A stretch of 10,401 nt of DNA, taken from the NCBI GenBank assembly GCA_018302765.1, contig JAGVZG010000015.1, positions 1 to 10,401 on the forward strand. Direction: 5' to 3'. The position numbers were made by a program, and so were the translations under genes. Shown in pieces: positions 7,852 to 10,401 of the stretch (within the stretch, counting starts at the first letter, position 1; every line of letters starts with the position of its first letter). This stretch comes from Candidatus Woesearchaeota archaeon. GTDB taxonomy: Archaea > Nanobdellota > Nanobdellia > SCGC-AAA011-G17 > GW2011-AR18. The notes under the pieces are model-generated. The model saw nothing but the letters and a program-made list of their open reading frames with translations, made no database searches and had not been told where the DNA came from.

Positions 7852-8624
7852 TAGAATCTTTTTGGTTAAAAGACATGATTGTACTTGGACAAGGAGCACC
7901 AAACCAAATTAGGAAGATAGGCGGACAGCAAGGTAGATGTCTATGTCTTTGGTCTGATAAAACAGGGTTTGTAAGGGTATATCCTGTTCCTTATGGTTAT
8001 GTTTATGATTGGGAAATTATTAATGTTGAAGTAAGAAAACCAACTAATGATGGAAGAGAAAACTCTTTCGTTGTCTATAATTATGAAAAAGAATGGAAAA
8101 ATCTATCAAAACGTATTTACCCGCAAAAAGAAATTAACAGGTTAGGAAATAAAGTAAATAAAAAACTTAAGCGGATAGAACAAATAGCTCTTCTTGAAAA
8201 CATTTCAAAATCAACATTTTCTCAAATAAGAGACAACAATAAAAGCTTTGGTTTGATAAAACCCAAAAATATGAAATTCCTATTAAAACAAAGCAGGGAA
8301 AAATCACAAGCACAAAAAACATTATCAGACTTGGATTATTACATTATGAATCAGAATGATTTCGCCTTTATTCCATACTTGCAGTATGAGTGTGAAGGAC
8401 CATGTAGCTCTAGACATCCGCATGAACAAAGAATTATAACATGGGAAGCATATCAATTTATGAGAAAAAACTCTAATTCTAAGGAACATTGCATGAAACT
8501 AAAAGATAATTTTCATATCGGAGAAGAAAATTATCTGCATTATGTTCTTATAGGGAATATTAGAAAATATACTACAACATATATAATCGTTAAATTAATC
8601 AGGTTTAAGGTGGAGGGAGAGTGA
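7848..8624 (+). CDS. Uncharacterised DUF488-partner-type protein (possible dual OB-fold nucleic-acid-binding protein)
   Basis: Blocks GFVRVYPVP, KPTNDGRENS, SFGLIKP, YECxxxCxxxHxH...I.TWE and VLIGN resemble the hypothetical family commonly encoded beside DUF488 genes. ATGA overlap with the upstream stop indicates translational coupling. Confidence 0.55.
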   Translation: MIESFWLKDMIVLGQGAPNQIRKIGGQQGRCLCLWSDKTGFVRVYPVPYGYVYDWEIINVEVRKPTNDGRENSFVVYNYEKEWKNLSKRIYPQKEINRLGNKVNKKLKRIEQIALLENISKSTFSQIRDNNKSFGLIKPKNMKFLLKQSREKSQAQKTLSDLDYYIMNQNDFAFIPYLQYECEGPCSSRHPHEQRIITWEAYQFMRKNSNSKEHCMKLKDNFHIGEENYLHYVLIGNIRKYTTTYIIVKLIRFKVEGE

Positions 8625-8625
8625 A

Positions 8626-10341
8626 ATGCCAATCCCAAAAGAAATCATAGACAACAGTGAAGGAAACAAGCTGATTAGTTTCCTGAATAATACTTTGAAT
8701 GAAAATCCCAAGACAAAATTTGATATAGCAACAGCGTTCTTCAACATAGAAGCCTTTGCCATGATTAAAGATAACTTGAATGGTGTTAAAAGATTCAGAC
8801 TTCTTCTTGGAAAAACTCTAGAAATCCGGAATGAAAAAACACTTGGAGATGTTCTCATCCAAGAAATAAGAAAAGAGGTTGAAGGCTTTGACTTGACAAA
8901 AGAGGCAAATTCAACAGTAAAGCTCTTTATAGAATTTCTCAATAGAAAGAATGTTGAAATTAGACTGTTTGAAAAATTCCTTCACGGGAAAGCATACATT
9001 TTTGATGACAGGATAGTTATTGGTTCGTCAAACTTTACTGCTGCCGGATTGACAAGATATGGTGAATTAAACACATGGAAACAGGAATCTCAGGCAGTCT
9101 ATACAAGAAAAGAATGGTTTGAGAAATTCTGGGCAGAGTCCATTGAGTTTAAAAATGAGTTGATACTACTTTTAGAAGAATCAAGATTTGGAAGCAAACG
9201 TTATATGCCTTATGAAGTCTACATCAAAACCTTATACGAATTGCAGAAAGATGACATTAAAGAAGAGCAAAAAGAAGAGAAACCGAGAGGATTGCCGGAA
9301 ACAAAGGTCAATCTTGCACAGTTCCAAGACGATGCAATAGCAAGAATTTGGACAAGAATGAAAAAATATGGCGGTTGCATAGTTGCCGACTCTGTTGGTC
9401 TGGGAAAAACGTGGATTGCCAAAAAGATTCTTGAAAAGATAGGATACTATGAAAGGAAAAATATTCTAATTGTTTGCCCTGCTCAATTAAGAGAAATGTG
9501 GAGAAGGGAATTGAAAAAAATTGATGTAAAAGAGAATATTCTATCTCAAGAGGATCTGGCTTCAGAAAGCTATGTAGAAAAGGCAAAGAAAACTTTGGGC
9601 GGACGATTTGATAATGTAGAACTTATTGTAGTGGACGAAAGTCATAACTTCAGAAATCCGCTATCGAACAGATGGGAAAACTTCTTCACTTTGGTTAATG
9701 ACCACATCGCAAAATCAGGAAAAAGACCACACATGCTGTTCCTGACAGCAACGCCAATAAACAACACTCCTTGGGATTTATACTGGCAGATTATGCTTCT
9801 TGTCTTGATGAATAGGTCAGCGTTCATAAAGGAGAACATAGCGGATTTATTTAAATTCTTCAAGCAGGCAAAGGACAATCCTTCTTTATTGAATGATTTG
9901 TTGAATGAAATTTCCATAAGAAGAACAAGAGACTACATCATAGAAAATTATCCAGATGCATTCATTGTAGTTGAACTGCCTAATGAAGAAATAAAAGAGC
10001 AGAAGATAATCTTTCCAGACAGGATTTTAGAGAACATCAACTATCAGCTAGATAAGGCTTACAAAGGAATGTACAAGGAGATCTCTGATACAATCACAGA
10101 AAAGCTGACAATGGCTTATTATAAAATCTTAGAATACAGAAAAGAAGGCTTGAAGTCAGAAGAAGAAAGGCTTGCATTGGGGAGAATGATTGCAATAGGT
10201 GGAATATTCAGAACTATTCTTCTCAAAAGATTAGAGAGCAGTGTTGATGCATTCAGGAAAAGCATCTCCAATCACATCAGATTCTTAGAAAAGCTGAAAA
10301 CCTATCTTATAGTTAGTTCACTAAATAATGGAACATTTTAG
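8626..10341 (+). CDS. PLD (HKD) nuclease + SNF2-type superfamily 2 helicase fusion, C-terminally truncated
   Basis: HGKAYIFD (8983-9006) plus GSSNFT...ELN is a single PLD motif. Helicase motifs: Walker A ADSVGLGKT (9385-9411), Walker B DESH (9634-9645), motif III TATP (9745-9756), IRRTR, LLKRLESS. The ORF ends before RecA2 motifs IV-VI. GGAGGGAG SD upstream. Confidence 0.9.
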   Translation: MPIPKEIIDNSEGNKLISFLNNTLNENPKTKFDIATAFFNIEAFAMIKDNLNGVKRFRLLLGKTLEIRNEKTLGDVLIQEIRKEVEGFDLTKEANSTVKLFIEFLNRKNVEIRLFEKFLHGKAYIFDDRIVIGSSNFTAAGLTRYGELNTWKQESQAVYTRKEWFEKFWAESIEFKNELILLLEESRFGSKRYMPYEVYIKTLYELQKDDIKEEQKEEKPRGLPETKVNLAQFQDDAIARIWTRMKKYGGCIVADSVGLGKTWIAKKILEKIGYYERKNILIVCPAQLREMWRRELKKIDVKENILSQEDLASESYVEKAKKTLGGRFDNVELIVVDESHNFRNPLSNRWENFFTLVNDHIAKSGKRPHMLFLTATPINNTPWDLYWQIMLLVLMNRSAFIKENIADLFKFFKQAKDNPSLLNDLLNEISIRRTRDYIIENYPDAFIVVELPNEEIKEQKIIFPDRILENINYQLDKAYKGMYKEISDTITEKLTMAYYKILEYRKEGLKSEEERLALGRMIAIGGIFRTILLKRLESSVDAFRKSISNHIRFLEKLKTYLIVSSLNNGTF

Positions 10342-10401
10342 GTAAAGACTTTTTATCATTGAATGTTTTACGCAAATGATATTTCATCGCAGGCACATTC
10401 A

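Noticed and set aside
945-9917. Short minus-strand ORFs (945-1139, 2445-2693, 4147-4464, 5730-5978, 6569-6868, 8595-8942, 9219-9422, 9308-9586, 9642-9917)
   Set aside because: All lie antisense to long, motif-bearing genes. They show the Ser/Phe/Leu-rich composition of shadow ORFs and have no recognisable motifs.
841-10341. Calling the locus DISARM or BREX
   Set aside because: An m6A MTase, SNF2 and PLD are present, but there is no DrmA or DUF1998 (DrmB), and no PglZ, BrxC or BrxL in the window. PLD is fused to the helicase. Such genes could lie outside the window, so the call is unsupported.
1-10401. CRISPR array, tRNA/rRNA, integrase or transposase genes
   Set aside because: No regularly spaced repeats, no cloverleaf or rRNA-like GC-rich stretch, and no DDE or tyrosine/serine recombinase motifs in any ORF. 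Nearly all of the sequence is accounted for by protein-coding genes.

Overview
AT-rich prokaryotic defence-island-like window, possibly archaeal given the TATA/BRE-like elements and PIP-box-like motifs. A divergent YhaM-like OB-HD nuclease gene (minus strand, truncated) precedes a tightly packed six-gene plus-strand operon. The operon encodes: (1) a 1190-aa Eco57I/Type IIG-like N6-adenine DNA methyltransferase with an AT-rich target recognition region; (2) a 743-aa protein with a NERD-like PD-(D/E)xK nuclease motif; (3) an XRE-HTH protein resembling the N-terminal part of an HTH-ImmA/IrrE fusion; (4) a wHTH/SocA-like + DUF488 fusion; (5) an uncharacterised DUF488-partner-type protein; (6) a PLD(HKD)-SNF2-type helicase fusion lacking its C-terminal helicase domain. 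The most interesting reading is a methyltransferase + PLD-helicase core with lower-GC nuclease and DUF488 cargo nested between the two core genes. Both outermost genes lose recognisable family sequence about 90-100 bp from the window ends, suggesting IS insertions or assembly junctions. No rRNA, tRNA, CRISPR array or transposase ORF was seen. All family calls come from motif recognition by eye, not database searches.
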